64,000 nucleotides of DNA, taken from contig CAVOFT010000001.1 of NCBI GenBank assembly GCA_963695095.1, positions 3,360,001 to 3,424,000 on the forward strand, written 5' to 3'. The notes under the pieces were generated by a model. That model saw nothing but the letters and a program-made list of their open reading frames with translations, did no database searches and was not told the DNA's origin. The translations under genes and the position numbers were made by a program. Positions 1 to 9,831 of the stretch are shown piece by piece. This DNA comes from an uncultured bacterium (GTDB lineage: Bacteria; Krumholzibacteriota; Krumholzibacteriia; JACNKJ01). How positions within the stretch are numbered: position 1 is the stretch's first letter; the number at the start of each line of letters is the position of its first letter.

Positions 1-237
1 CGTGGCATCATCGCCCTGAGCCGGGACCTGCTGCAGCAATTCAACCCCGAGGCCCCCTTCAGCTGGGGCGACCGGGTGCACGTGGAGGGTCTGGGAGAGT
101 TCATCGTCGAGGATACGATGAGCGGGCGCTATGCCCGGCGGGCCGACATCTGGTTCCCGGATTCCTCGAGCGCCGCCGCCTGGGGGATCCAGGAACTGAA
201 GCTGGCGCCGATCCCGGAGAATCCGCTGGGCCTCTAG
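1..237 (+). CDS. 3D-domain protein (MltA/YuiC-like), 5'-truncated by window edge
   Basis: Frame +1 reads RGIIALSRDLL...GDRVHVEGLGEFIVEDTMSGRYARRADIWF...AAAWG, matching the 3D pattern (IA..D, EDT, DIWF, WG); TAG at 235-237. Confidence 0.75.
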   Translation, partial: RGIIALSRDLLQQFNPEAPFSWGDRVHVEGLGEFIVEDTMSGRYARRADIWFPDSSSAAAWGIQELKLAPIPENPLGL

Positions 238-247
238 GCCGACGGCA

Positions 248-277
248 AAGGGAAACGGGAGCCCGTCCGGACTCCCG
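248..277 (-). terminator. Intrinsic terminator after the priming glycosyltransferase
   Basis: Minus strand cgggagtcc-ggac-gggctcccg stem followed by tttcccttt, between convergent genes. Confidence 0.55.
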
Positions 278-307
278 CCACTCAGTAATCCATTCAAAGA
301 CAGCGAT

Positions 308-1141
308 TTACATCGCGCCTTCGCCGCGCACGACAACGCGCAGGGTGCGGAAGATGATCTTCAGGTCGTTCACCAGCGAGCACTTCTGGATGTAGTAGCG
401 ATCCAGGGTGATCTTGCGGCGGATGTGCTCCAGATCCGTGTCGTAGCCGTTGCGGATCTGGGCCAGGCCGGTGATGCCCGGCCTGACGCCGAGGCGGTCG
501 GTATAGCCCGGGATCTGCTCGGCCAGATAGGCGATGATCTCCGGGCGCTCCGGGCGCGGGCCGACGATGCTCATGTCGCCCCTGAGGACATTCCAGAACT
601 GGGGCAGCTCGTCGATGCGGGTCCGGCGCATGAGCTTGCCCAGGCGAGTCACGCGGGCATCGTTCTTCTTCGCGAGCTGGATGCCGTTCTTTTCAGCATC
701 CGTCACCATGCTCCGGAACTTGTAGATCTGGAAGGGGCGGCCGGGCACGCCGGTCCGCCGCCGGTCCAGTCGCCGACGCTCGTCGAGCACGCGGATCTTC
801 GTGTTTCGCCGGCGGTCGTCGGTACGCAGGTTCAAACCCGTGCGCAACTGCTTGTAGATCACCGGACCCGGGCTCTCCACCCTGATGAGGATGGCCAGGA
901 TCAGGAAGAGGGGGCTCAGGAGGATCAGGGCCAAGGACGAAGCCACGATGTCGAAGCCCCGGATGGCGCGGCGCGTCAGCGGGCTGAGGAAGCGCTCATT
1001 GGGGATGGGACCGCGCTTGTGGTAGCTGCTCAGCCAGGTCAGCGTGGGGTCAGCATCGAGATCGATGACCGTGCTGAGTTCCGGCCGTGCCTTGCTGCGG
1101 AAGGACTCCAGGAAGTCGTCGGCAAAGACTGTCTTTTTCAT
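308..1141 (-). CDS. Priming sugar transferase (Bac_transf, WcaJ/WbaP C-terminal type)
   Basis: RGFDIV, one TM helix, [57 protein letters not shown]; start taken at MKKTV. Confidence 0.93.
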   Translation of the reverse strand: MKKTVFADDFLESFRSKARPELSTVIDLDADPTLTWLSSYHKRGPIPNERFLSPLTRRAIRGFDIVASSLALILLSPLFLILAILIRVESPGPVIYKQLRTGLNLRTDDRRRNTKIRVLDERRRLDRRRTGVPGRPFQIYKFRSMVTDAEKNGIQLAKKNDARVTRLGKLMRRTRIDELPQFWNVLRGDMSIVGPRPERPEIIAYLAEQIPGYTDRLGVRPGITGLAQIRNGYDTDLEHIRRKITLDRYYIQKCSLVNDLKIIFRTLRVVVRGEGAM

Positions 1142-1188
1142 CGTAGACCACGCCTGCTGTTCGTCACATGGGGTGCCAAGGCACTGAC

Positions 1189-1203
1189 GCAATCAGGATA
1201 CCA
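1189..1203 (-). promoter_or_regulatory. Putative sigma-54 (-24/-12) promoter of the priming glycosyltransferase
   Basis: Minus strand TGGTAT-CCTGA-TTGC (GG-N10-GC), about 48 nt upstream of the ATG at 1141. Confidence 0.5.
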
Positions 1204-1621
1204 AGTCGAGGAACGCCGGCATGTAAGGGTTCCCACATTCTGCACAGATTCGGCCGGCTAAAAAAAATCAGGGCGAATCCTGTGTTTCCCCCTGTGCCCC
1301 TCGAGATCCCGCGAGCCCGAGCCATGGCGTCACACTCCGCCGCCGCTCTCACCCGCCGGGTTCATGTCTGCCTACCGGAATCCATTCCGGACAGCACTTC
1401 CTACCGGGCTTCAGTATACAACCCCGCTCCTTGGAGCCGCAAGTGGGTCAGATGCTAAATCACGAAAATATAAGAAGAAGGCCCACCTGATTCGCTGAAT
1501 TCAGACATCAATACCGCCTACTTGGATTCGCCGTACACCCTAGATAGGGTGGCTGGTTAGGGTGGCTAACCGCTAGATCCTGTGCTCTATCGACTGAGGC
1601 CGGCGAGGCGTCACCACCCGG

Positions 1622-2737
1622 CTAGAAGCGCGCACTCAGGCCCAGCGCGGGCGCGCCGCTTGGGGCCGCCAGCAGGCTCAGCCTGGGCACTTGGCCCCGC
1701 GGCCGCGCCCCCTCCGGGTGGCTGAGCAGGGCGTCCAGGGTGTTCACCAGCCACAGGCCGCCAGCCATGGCGGCAAGGAGGTGAAGATCGTCCTCCGCCT
1801 CCTGCAGTCGCGATTCGAGGTGGCGTAGCTGCTCGGCTTCCGTCGCCTCCAGGCCACCCTGGCTCAGGAAGCTGCGCGTCTGTTCCAAGTGGAGTTCGTG
1901 GAGGTCTCGGCGGCTGTAGGTATCCAGGAGTTCCTGCACCAGGAAGACCTCGCCCGCCAGATAAACGCTCGACCGCCACTGGTGCCGATAAGCCTGCCCC
2001 ATGCCGGGCAAGACCATCGAGGCCAGGACCGCCTTGCCCCGCGAGAGCCGCGGCACCTGCAGCCCGAGCTGCTGCCCGCGAGTCTCGGCATCCAGAGGTC
2101 GGTTGAACCACCAGGCCTCGACCGCACTCAGCCCGAGGAACGCACCCGCGAAGCGCAGCTGGCGGTCCCGGTGATGCTTGGACTCCGACCACCTGGCCAG
2201 CGCGAGCTTCGCCTCCTGCTCGTAGGTCGTCGGATCGTTGGCGTCCTCGGCCAGGCTGCGCCAGCGCTCGTAGTCGGCCAGAGCGGCATCGCGATCGTCC
2301 CCGGCCCAGACGATGCCCAGGCCGAGATAGGCCGCACTCGCCAGCTCCACGGCGCCGTGCAGCCGGCGTCCCGAGACCATGCTGCCCGCGCCGGGCAGCA
2401 GGATGCCGAGCAGGGCGCGGCGGCCGGCATCGTTCGTGAGCACGGGGTGGCCTTGGGCGTCCCAGCCGAGTCTGGCCCGGCGCGATTCGAAGCCTCGCCC
2501 ACCGACCCGCAGGCGCGTGTAGGCCGCGCCGTTGCTGAGGCTGAAGGGCGTCATCGCCTTCAGCGGCTGCGGGCCATCCAAAGTGACGGGCAGGCCTGCC
2601 TCCGCAGAGAGCACGCCCAGCTCCTGGGCGCTTGCCGGCGGCGCCTCGGCCAGGCCGATCAAAGCAAGGGCCAGCAGCCCAAGACCGAGAAGGCGCAGGT
2701 GCCGGGCGTGCTGCTTCGAGGTTGCCATCATCATCAA
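1622..2737 (-). CDS. Secreted/membrane protein with PEGA-like N-terminus and two DUF5683-like repeats
   Basis: Signal peptide (ASA-Q); LDG..TP..L..G.Y..L.V...GF segment; repeats ALLGILLPGAGSM and AVLASMVLPGMGQAY; ends LGLSARF. Confidence 0.6.
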   Translation of the reverse strand: MMMMATSKQHARHLRLLGLGLLALALIGLAEAPPASAQELGVLSAEAGLPVTLDGPQPLKAMTPFSLSNGAAYTRLRVGGRGFESRRARLGWDAQGHPVLTNDAGRRALLGILLPGAGSMVSGRRLHGAVELASAAYLGLGIVWAGDDRDAALADYERWRSLAEDANDPTTYEQEAKLALARWSESKHHRDRQLRFAGAFLGLSAVEAWWFNRPLDAETRGQQLGLQVPRLSRGKAVLASMVLPGMGQAYRHQWRSSVYLAGEVFLVQELLDTYSRRDLHELHLEQTRSFLSQGGLEATEAEQLRHLESRLQEAEDDLHLLAAMAGGLWLVNTLDALLSHPEGARPRGQVPRLSLLAAPSGAPALGLSARF

Positions 2738-3753
2738 CTCCCGCTCGCTTCCAGCTCGGGCTTCGCCTCGCGAGCTGCGCTTGAGGTATCGAATCCTGCC
2801 CAGAGCCGCGCGCCCAGGTGCCAGCGCCGATCCAGCCAGAGCAAGGCCAGCAGGCCCAGACCCACGGCGAACCAGAGCGTGCTGGCGCGGATGATCACCG
2901 TGGCGGCGGCCGCCGGGCCCGCGGGCAACCCCGCGCCACGCCCCAGCATCAGGGCCAGGCTGCCCTCCGTGACTCCCAGGCCGCCGGGAACGAAGGCCAG
3001 GGCGCCCAGCAGCGTTGCCAGCGAGTAGAAGCCCACGGCCTGGCCGAGGGCGAGCTGCTGCCCGCAGGCCCGCGCTGCGTAGACCAGGGCCCAGCCCTCC
3101 CAGAACCAGGCAAGCGCGCTCACCAGAAGCAGCAGGGGCAGGTCGCGAGGCCGCAGCAGGACCCGCGCGCTCGCGAGCGCGCCGCGCATCGCCGCGCTGC
3201 GCGCCCGCAGCGCAGGCAGGCGGCCGAGAGCGCCCAGGAGGCCCTGCTCCATGCGCCCGGAGCCCAGCACGACGAGCAGCAGAATGAGCAGGAAGGCACC
3301 GGCCAGCCAGGCCAGGCCGCCCTGGCGCCCGCTCCAGACGCCCAGCGCCGCCAGCAGCAGCAGCCCCCCCAGATCCGTGATGCGTTCGGCCAGTACCACT
3401 GGCGCCGTGCGCGCCAGGGGCGCCCCGTTGATATGCTTCAGGAGCACGGACTTGAAGACCTCGCCGAGCTTGCCCGGCGTCACCGAAAAGGTGAAGCCGC
3501 CCACGAAGACCGCCACGCTGTCGGCTCGCCGAAGGCGCAATCCCAGGCGACGCAGGAAGAACTCCCAGCGCCCGAAGCGCGTGAGGTAGTTGGCCAGCGA
3601 GAAGGCGAGCAGCAGCGGCAGCCAGATCGGCCGCAGGCCACGCAGCGAGGCAGCGGTCGCCCCGAGATCGGCGAACAGGGCCAGGATCAGCATCACCAGC
3701 AGGCCCGCGGCCAGGGACAGCCAGAGGGTGCGGCTAAGGCGCGGGCCCGCCAT
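2734..3753 (-). CDS. Flippase-like membrane protein (lysylphosphatidylglycerol synthase TM / UPF0104)
   Basis: Multi-TM; RFGRW, TPGKLGEVFK, ERITD, PGGLGVTE, IIRASTLW. Confidence 0.85.
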   Translation of the reverse strand: MAGPRLSRTLWLSLAAGLLVMLILALFADLGATAASLRGLRPIWLPLLLAFSLANYLTRFGRWEFFLRRLGLRLRRADSVAVFVGGFTFSVTPGKLGEVFKSVLLKHINGAPLARTAPVVLAERITDLGGLLLLAALGVWSGRQGGLAWLAGAFLLILLLVVLGSGRMEQGLLGALGRLPALRARSAAMRGALASARVLLRPRDLPLLLLVSALAWFWEGWALVYAARACGQQLALGQAVGFYSLATLLGALAFVPGGLGVTEGSLALMLGRGAGLPAGPAAAATVIIRASTLWFAVGLGLLALLWLDRRWHLGARLWAGFDTSSAAREAKPELEASGS

Positions 3754-3756
3754 GAC

Positions 3757-4770
3757 CTAGTTGTTCCTCAGCAGGATGAAGCTGGTCATGAGGGTGGCGA
3801 AGGTCGTCAAGATGGCCAGATTCGAGCGGATGAGCCCGATCACCGCTGTTTGGCGCGGGATGAAGATGGTATCGCCGACCTGGACCTTGGGATTGTGGCT
3901 GGCATCGGCGTCGGCGAGGTACTCCTTGAGATTCATCTCCAGGCGCAGCAGGCTGCCGTCGGGGCGCGGGCGCAGCAGGACCACCTTGCCCAGATCCGCG
4001 TCGCTCAGGGGACCGCCTGCCTGGAGCACGAAGCCCAGCACGTCGCGGGCCCCGGCCTCCACTCGGTAGACCCCGGGGTTCAGCACCTGGCCGAACACGT
4101 AGATGCCGTCGCTGCCCACGTAGCCAGCGGGGTTGACGGGCCGATGCGGCACCTCGACCGTCTCGCCGGGCGCGAGCTCCGGCAGCGCGAGCACACCCTC
4201 CTGAGCGGTCAGGGCTTCGATGTTGTAGGTCTCGAGCACCTGCTGGCCGTCGCGCAGGCGATAGACCCGCACATGGCTGAGGTCGCCGTCGGGAGCGACC
4301 CCGCCCGCCTCGCGAATCGCCCGCCAGACATCCGGCATCGGCCAGGCCGCATAGCGACCAGGCGTGATCACGGCGCCGAGGACGTAGAAGGCCTTGCTGT
4401 TGTAGGCGGTGAGCTCCAGCGAGACGCGGCTGACGTTGCGGTGGAAGACCTGGATGCGCTCGACGATCTCCGCTTCGATCTCGGGCGCCGTTCGCCCGGC
4501 GGCCTGCACGTCGCCGATGAGGGGCACCGTGAAGCGGCCATTCTCGTCCACGGTGAGGCTGCGGTCCAGGTCGGGCACCTGCCACACACGCAGATTGAGG
4601 GCGTCGCTGGGTCCCAGGCGATACAGGGGTATCTCGGTTTGGGCCGCGCTGGGAATGGGCCAGGTGGCGGCCAGGAGCGCGGTCAGGAGCAGCACAACTG
4701 CCGGCGAGCAGCCCCGGTGGAGCCGAGGGCGACCAAGGCCGGGCCAGCGATAGAATTTGCGTGCAGGCAT
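3757..4770 (-). CDS. Polysaccharide export protein (Wza-like; Poly_export + SLBB)
   Basis: YRLGPSDAL..VW...VDENGRFTVPLIG.V.AAGRT; VLGAVITPGRY; VFGQVLNPGVY; VQVGDTIFIP; C-terminal amphipathic helix. Confidence 0.88.
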   Translation of the reverse strand: MPARKFYRWPGLGRPRLHRGCSPAVVLLLTALLAATWPIPSAAQTEIPLYRLGPSDALNLRVWQVPDLDRSLTVDENGRFTVPLIGDVQAAGRTAPEIEAEIVERIQVFHRNVSRVSLELTAYNSKAFYVLGAVITPGRYAAWPMPDVWRAIREAGGVAPDGDLSHVRVYRLRDGQQVLETYNIEALTAQEGVLALPELAPGETVEVPHRPVNPAGYVGSDGIYVFGQVLNPGVYRVEAGARDVLGFVLQAGGPLSDADLGKVVLLRPRPDGSLLRLEMNLKEYLADADASHNPKVQVGDTIFIPRQTAVIGLIRSNLAILTTFATLMTSFILLRNN

Positions 4771-4984
4771 CTTCCCCCCCGATCGGAAATCCCAAGGACA
4801 GTAAGCAGCCCCACAGGCAGTGTCTAGTGCTTTGTCGGACACCGGCACCGCTTCCCGCTCGGGGCCTGAACGGCAAGGTCGGCAAGGGCCTGCAAGCCCG
4901 GGAGCCGGCCTCCTGGTTCCGGGAGTCCTGGACCTGTATTTGCTTCTCGCCCGAAGAGCAGCTTGCCACTCGCCCGCCAGACAC

Positions 4985-5019
4985 AAGGAAAGGCCGCCCC
5001 TCCGTCAGGGGAGCGGCCT
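4985..5019 (-). terminator. Intrinsic terminator after the AMP-ligase operon
   Basis: Minus strand aggccgctcccct-gacgg-aggggcggcct then ttcctt. Confidence 0.55.
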
Positions 5020-5064
5020 GGCGGCATTTTCGGCGCTCGCCGGCCGACCGGCAGCGCCCGGATG

Positions 5065-6597
5065 CTACGGCTCGGCCTCGAGCTGGGCCTGCAGCAGGTG
5101 CTTGCGAATCTTGCCCGAACTCGTGCGCGGCAGCTCCTCGAAGAAGCGCACGGCCTGGGGCAGCTTCCAGTGCGGTAGCCGGCGCTTCAGATGACCGAGC
5201 ACCGCGGCCGGGTCCAGCGCTGCGGCCGGCCCCGGCACCAGGCAGACGACCATCTTCTCGCCCAGCAAGTCGTCGCCGACGCCGACCACCGCGCAGGCGA
5301 GCACGCCCTCCAGCTCCTGGACGATGTCCTCGATCTCCTTGGGATTGATGCGGAAGGCGCCGCTCTTGATCATGTCCTTTTCCCGGCCGACCACCCAGAG
5401 GTAGCCCTCCTCGTCGACGCGGGCCAGGTCGCCGGTCCAGAGCCGGCCCTGCTCGTCGATCACCTTCGTCGTCTCGGCCGGATCGCCCCAGTAGCCGCGC
5501 ATGATGTTCTCGCCCGCGGCGACGATCTCACCCGTCTCGCCGGGCGGCAGGGGCCGGCCCTCCTTGTCCAGCACCGCCAGGGTCACGCCCGGGATGCCGC
5601 GCCCGATGGAGCCGGACTTGCGGTCGACGTCCGCCGGCGGCAAGTAGGAGAGGCGCGCAGTGCCCTCGGTCTGGCCGTACATCACGATGGGCTTGGCGGC
5701 CGGCAGCATGGCGCGCAGCCGCGCCAGACCCGCGGGCGGCAGCGCGCCGCCGGCGGTGGTGAAGTAGCGCAGGCTGGGCAGGCCCGTCTCGGGCAGTCGG
5801 CTGCGCTGCATGAGGATGTTGAAGGTCGAGGCCACGCCGGGCAAGCCGGTCACCTGCTCGCGCAGGGCGGTGTCGAGCACCGCGTTGGGAAAGCCGAAGC
5901 GGTTGTCGATGACGAGGCAGCCGCCCACGGCCACATGCGTGAGCAGCAGCGAGTGGCCGTAGGAGTAGTAGAAGGGCAGCAGCACGAGGACGCGCTCGGT
6001 CGCGTCGAGCGCGAGGTACTCGTTGATCGAGTCCGTGTTGGCGATCAGGTTGCGCTGGGTGAGGCAGACGCCTTTCGGCGCCCCCGTCGTGCCCGAGGTG
6101 TAGAGGATCATCGCCAGATCCGCCGGCCCCGGGCCGGTGAGCGCCGGTGCCTCGCCCTCGCTCGCATCCAGCAGGCCGACCTCGCCGGCGAGCTCGAGCT
6201 CGAGAGGCGCGTCCAGGAGCAGGCGCGGCGGCAGGAGGGCCGGATCCAGCCCCGCCGCGAAGCGGCGCAGGAACTTCTCCTGGGCGATCAGCAGCGCCGG
6301 CTCGCAGTCGGCCAGCACCTTGTTGATGTAGGATTCCTCGTTGACCGGATTGAGGGCCACGAGCACGGCGCCCAGGCGCATCACCGCGAAGTAGATCTGG
6401 ACGTAGGCCGGCGAGTTCTCCCAGAGCAGAGCCACGCGATCGCCTGACCGGATGCCCAGGCCGTCCAGGCGCGTGGCCAGGGCGCCCGCGCGCAAGGCGA
6501 GGGCCTCGTAGGTCCAGCGCTCCTCGCCCTGAACCACGGCTTCCCGCGCGCCGTGGGCGCGCCGGGTGGCTGCGAGGTACTCCCAGACGGCGTTCAT
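5065..6597 (-). CDS. AMP-forming acyl-CoA/acyl-ACP ligase (class I adenylate-forming)
   Basis: YTSGTTGAPKG, YGQTE, TGDL, GREKDMIK, PRTSSGKI; directly downstream of the ACP gene. Confidence 0.9.
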   Translation of the reverse strand: MNAVWEYLAATRRAHGAREAVVQGEERWTYEALALRAGALATRLDGLGIRSGDRVALLWENSPAYVQIYFAVMRLGAVLVALNPVNEESYINKVLADCEPALLIAQEKFLRRFAAGLDPALLPPRLLLDAPLELELAGEVGLLDASEGEAPALTGPGPADLAMILYTSGTTGAPKGVCLTQRNLIANTDSINEYLALDATERVLVLLPFYYSYGHSLLLTHVAVGGCLVIDNRFGFPNAVLDTALREQVTGLPGVASTFNILMQRSRLPETGLPSLRYFTTAGGALPPAGLARLRAMLPAAKPIVMYGQTEGTARLSYLPPADVDRKSGSIGRGIPGVTLAVLDKEGRPLPPGETGEIVAAGENIMRGYWGDPAETTKVIDEQGRLWTGDLARVDEEGYLWVVGREKDMIKSGAFRINPKEIEDIVQELEGVLACAVVGVGDDLLGEKMVVCLVPGPAAALDPAAVLGHLKRRLPHWKLPQAVRFFEELPRTSSGKIRKHLLQAQLEAEP

Positions 6598-6607
6598 CCC
6601 GGGCCGG

Positions 6608-6853
6608 CTAGCCGAGCTTGCCCTGCACGAAGCCGGCGACCTTGGCGACGGAGTCGAAGTTGTCGGGCGTGAGCTCGCTGTCCTGCACGCTGATGCCCCA
6701 CTCCTCCTCCACGAACTCGAGCAGCTCCATGATGCCCGTCGAGTCGATGACCCGGGTTTCCATGAAGGAGTCGCTGTTCTTGAAGTTGGCGTCGTCCTTG
6801 CCCGCCAGGAAGTTCTCGACGATGAACTGGCGGATCGAAGTCTCCATGCTCAC
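6608..6853 (-). CDS. Acyl carrier protein
   Basis: 81 aa, acidic, VIDSTGIMEL phosphopantetheine site, ELTPDNFDSV. Confidence 0.9.
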   Translation of the reverse strand: MSMETSIRQFIVENFLAGKDDANFKNSDSFMETRVIDSTGIMELLEFVEEEWGISVQDSELTPDNFDSVAKVAGFVQGKLG

Positions 6854-6856
6854 GGC

Positions 6857-8862
6857 TTACCTCGCAGGGGCCGCGGGGCTGCCCAGGGGCAGCGCCTCGC
6901 GGAAGCTCGCATCCGGCGTGCTCGCATCGGCCGGGCTGCTGTCGATGAATGTGTGCACAAGCAACTGCGTGGAGAGAATCCCCACCAGCAGCATGTTGTC
7001 CCGGAAACCGATCTGGCCTCCGCGCCGACGGTGCATCTTCGCGGCGAGGGCCGCCACCGCCTGGGGATCGAAGAGACCATACCGAGCAAGGCGCTCGCTC
7101 GCAAGCATCTCCCGCACCCAGTCCGGCGCGCCCTCGGCAAAGAAGCAGGGCGCGTCGGGGGCCATGTAGGGCTGCTTCGGCCGCTCGAGCACGGCCGGCG
7201 GCAGCACGCCGCGGGCGGCGCGCTTGAGCAGGTCCTTCTCGTGAAGGACCGGCAGGCGCAAGCGCCAGGGCAGGGAGGCGGCCAGCGCCGCCACGTCGCG
7301 GTCGAGGTAGGGGAAGCGGCCCTCGACGCTGTGGGCCATGGCCGGCCGATCGCCCTGGCTGCTGAGCAGGTAGCCTCCCAGCAGGGTCTCGCTCTCCAGG
7401 AGCTGGGCGCGGTCCAGCCAGTTCCAGCGGTCGAAGTCGGGCGGCAGCGCGTCCAGGTACTCCGCATCCCAGGCCGGCACGCGGGCCAGGAGGGCGGCCA
7501 GCTCCGGCTGCAGGTAGTTGTCCAGCACGCCCAGGGTGGTCTCCCAGCGCGGGCGGTGACTGAAGCCGCGGTCCGCCGGATCGTGGATCCAGCGGCCGTA
7601 GTACTGGTGCAGGTAGTCCGCGCGCCCGGCCCGCGCCAGCACGGGACTGGTCGGATACAGGCGCGTGAGCAGCAGCGGCCTGAGCCGGCTCTCCGGCCGC
7701 CGCGCCCACCAGTGGCGGATCTTGGCGTCCTTGAAGAGGTCGTAGCCGGCGAAGACCTCGTCGGCGCCCTCGCCGGTGAGGACCACCTTGACGCCCACCT
7801 CGCGCACCTTCTCCGCGAGCAGCATCAGCGGCGTCGGCGCCGTGCGCAGGACCGGCTTCTCGCTGTGGCGGATGAGCCGCGGGAAGGCCGCGGCAATGTC
7901 CGCACCGCTCACCTCGACGAAGTGGTGCTCGCTGCTCCAGCTGCTGCGACCATGAGATCCTGGTAGGGGCGCTCGTCGAAGACCTGGTCCGTGAAGCGGA
8001 TCGAGAAGGTGTGCATGCCCGGATTCTCGTCCTTGATGAGCGAGGCGAGCAGCGAGCTGTCGATGCCGCCGCTGACGTAGGCGCCGACGGGCACATCGGC
8101 GCGCAGGCGCAGGCTGGTGGCCTTGCGCAGGGCCTCGCGCAGGGCCTCGGCGGCCTCTTCGGGCCGCCGCGGCGCCGGCTCGCCGGCGCGGAAGGGGAAG
8201 CGCCACCAGCGCTCCTCGCGCCAGCTGCCGTCCTCCGCCAGGCGCGCCCAGTGGCCGGCCTTCAGTTCGCGGATGCCCGCGAAGGCCGTCCGGCCCGGCA
8301 GGGGCGTCCAGTAGCGGAACAGCTGCAGCAGCGCTTCGCGGTCGATCTCGCGCGGCACCTCGGGATGCGCGAAGAGCGCCTTGACCTCAGAGGCGAAGGC
8401 GAAGACGCCGTCGCCTTGCCAGAAGTGCAGGGGCCGGATGCCGAAGCGGTCGCGGGCCAGCAGGAGCGAGCGATCGCGGGCGTCCCAGAGGGCGAGCGCG
8501 AACTGTCCGTTGAGGCGGGGCAGGGCATCGGGCCCGGCCAGCATCAGCATGCGCAGCAGCACTTCCGTGTCGCTGGTGGTGTGGAAGCGATGGCCGGCGG
8601 CCTCGAGTTCGGCCCGCAGCTCGATGTAGTTGAAGATCTCGCCGTTGAAGACGAGCCAGTAGCGCCCCGAGGGGTCGGCCATCGGCTGGTCGCCGCTCGA
8701 CAGATCGATGATGGCCAGACGGCTGTGGCCCAGGGCCGCCATGCCCTCAACGCGCACGCCGAAGCCGTCCGGCCCGCGGTGGCCCAGCGTCGCCGTCATC
8801 CGGCGCAGGAGGGCGGGATCCGGCGCGCGGCGCCGGTCGATGAAGCCCGCGATACCGCACAT
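6857..8862 (-). CDS. asnB: Asparagine synthase (glutamine-hydrolysing)-like amidotransferase; frameshift near 7940
   Basis: MCGIAG, HRGPD, RLAIID, FNGEIFN, RDRFGIRPL, SGGIDSS in one frame; LTGEGADE, DRPAMAHSVEGRFPYLD, RPKQ in the next. Confidence 0.9.
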
Positions 8863-9818
8863 CAGGAAGCGCCTCCCGGGCCGGGGTCGCGCTCCTCGAG
8901 CCGGGCGAGGATGTCCCGGTACAGGAGCAGCTCCAGTTCGTCGCGGCGCTCGGCCATGCGGGCCAGCAGCGCTTCGAAGCCATCGAGCTGAGGCAGATCC
9001 CAGGGATCGAGGTAGATGTTCACGTAGTTGCCGTGGGCGATGGCCGCCTCGGCCGTCTCCCAGAGCAGGTCGCAGAACTCCCGCGCCGTGTTGTGGCTCC
9101 ACTTGTAGAAGGGATGGCCCACGTGCAGGCTGTGCCAGGTGTCGAGCACGGTGAGCGGGTGCTTGGGGCAGGTGGTGAGGGGGAACTCCCAGATGCCCTC
9201 GGGGCCGAGGAAGGGCCGGCCGCCGCCCAGCGAGCCCGTCATCAGGGTCGAGGAGTCGAAGCGATAGCCCAGCTCGGCGAGGATGCCGTAGATCTCCGGC
9301 GTGAACAGGTCCTTGAAGTGCGGGATGCGGCAGCCCTCGCAGTCCACGCCCATCACCTTGCGGATGACCTCGTGGGCGCGCGCGACCTCGTCCTTCTTCT
9401 CTTCGCGGCTGATCAGGCGGAACTTGCGGCCCGGGTTGATCTCCTCGTTATCCGGATGGCTGTAGGTGTGGTTGATGATCTCGTGGCCGTCCTCGAGCAG
9501 GGCCTTGTGCAGGTCGGGATAGCGCTCCACCCACATGCCCACCACGGCGAAGGAAGCCGGGATGCGATGGCGCTTGAGCATCTCGATCACGAAGGGATAG
9601 GTCTCGACATCCTTGCTGTAGTCGCAGTCGAAGCTGAGCGTGAGGGCGCCGCGCCCGCGCAGCCAGCCCAGCGGAGTCGCCTCGGTCAGGCGCATGAAGG
9701 AGGCGAAGAGCCGCCGCGGCGCCAGCAGCGTGGTGGCCGCCATCAGGGGGCGCGACTCGTGGTGGCTGACCACGAAGCGCTGGAGCCGACTGAGCGACGG
9801 CATGTCCTTGGGTGTCAT
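8862..9818 (-). CDS. Polysaccharide deacetylase family protein (CE4/NodB)
   Basis: LTLSFDCD, ASFAVVG, GHEIINHTYSH, GCRIPH, YRFDSS. Confidence 0.85.
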   Translation of the reverse strand: MTPKDMPSLSRLQRFVVSHHESRPLMAATTLLAPRRLFASFMRLTEATPLGWLRGRGALTLSFDCDYSKDVETYPFVIEMLKRHRIPASFAVVGMWVERYPDLHKALLEDGHEIINHTYSHPDNEEINPGRKFRLISREEKKDEVARAHEVIRKVMGVDCEGCRIPHFKDLFTPEIYGILAELGYRFDSSTLMTGSLGGGRPFLGPEGIWEFPLTTCPKHPLTVLDTWHSLHVGHPFYKWSHNTAREFCDLLWETAEAAIAHGNYVNIYLDPWDLPQLDGFEALLARMAERRDELELLLYRDILARLEERDPGPGGAS

Positions 9819-9831
9819 CGGGCTTCCTCGT

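Noticed and set aside
238..300. c-di-GMP-I riboswitch suggested by GGCAAA...GAAA
   Set aside because: No P2/P3 stems; lies between convergent 3' ends and is explained by a terminator
1508..1522. ops/JUMPstart-like GGCGGTA upstream of the priming transferase
   Set aside because: Reads GGCGGTAT rather than GGCGGTAG, lacks JUMPstart context and precedes a single gene
7930..7950. Programmed ribosomal frameshifting in asnB and other broken genes
   Set aside because: No slippery heptamers or shared context at the break points
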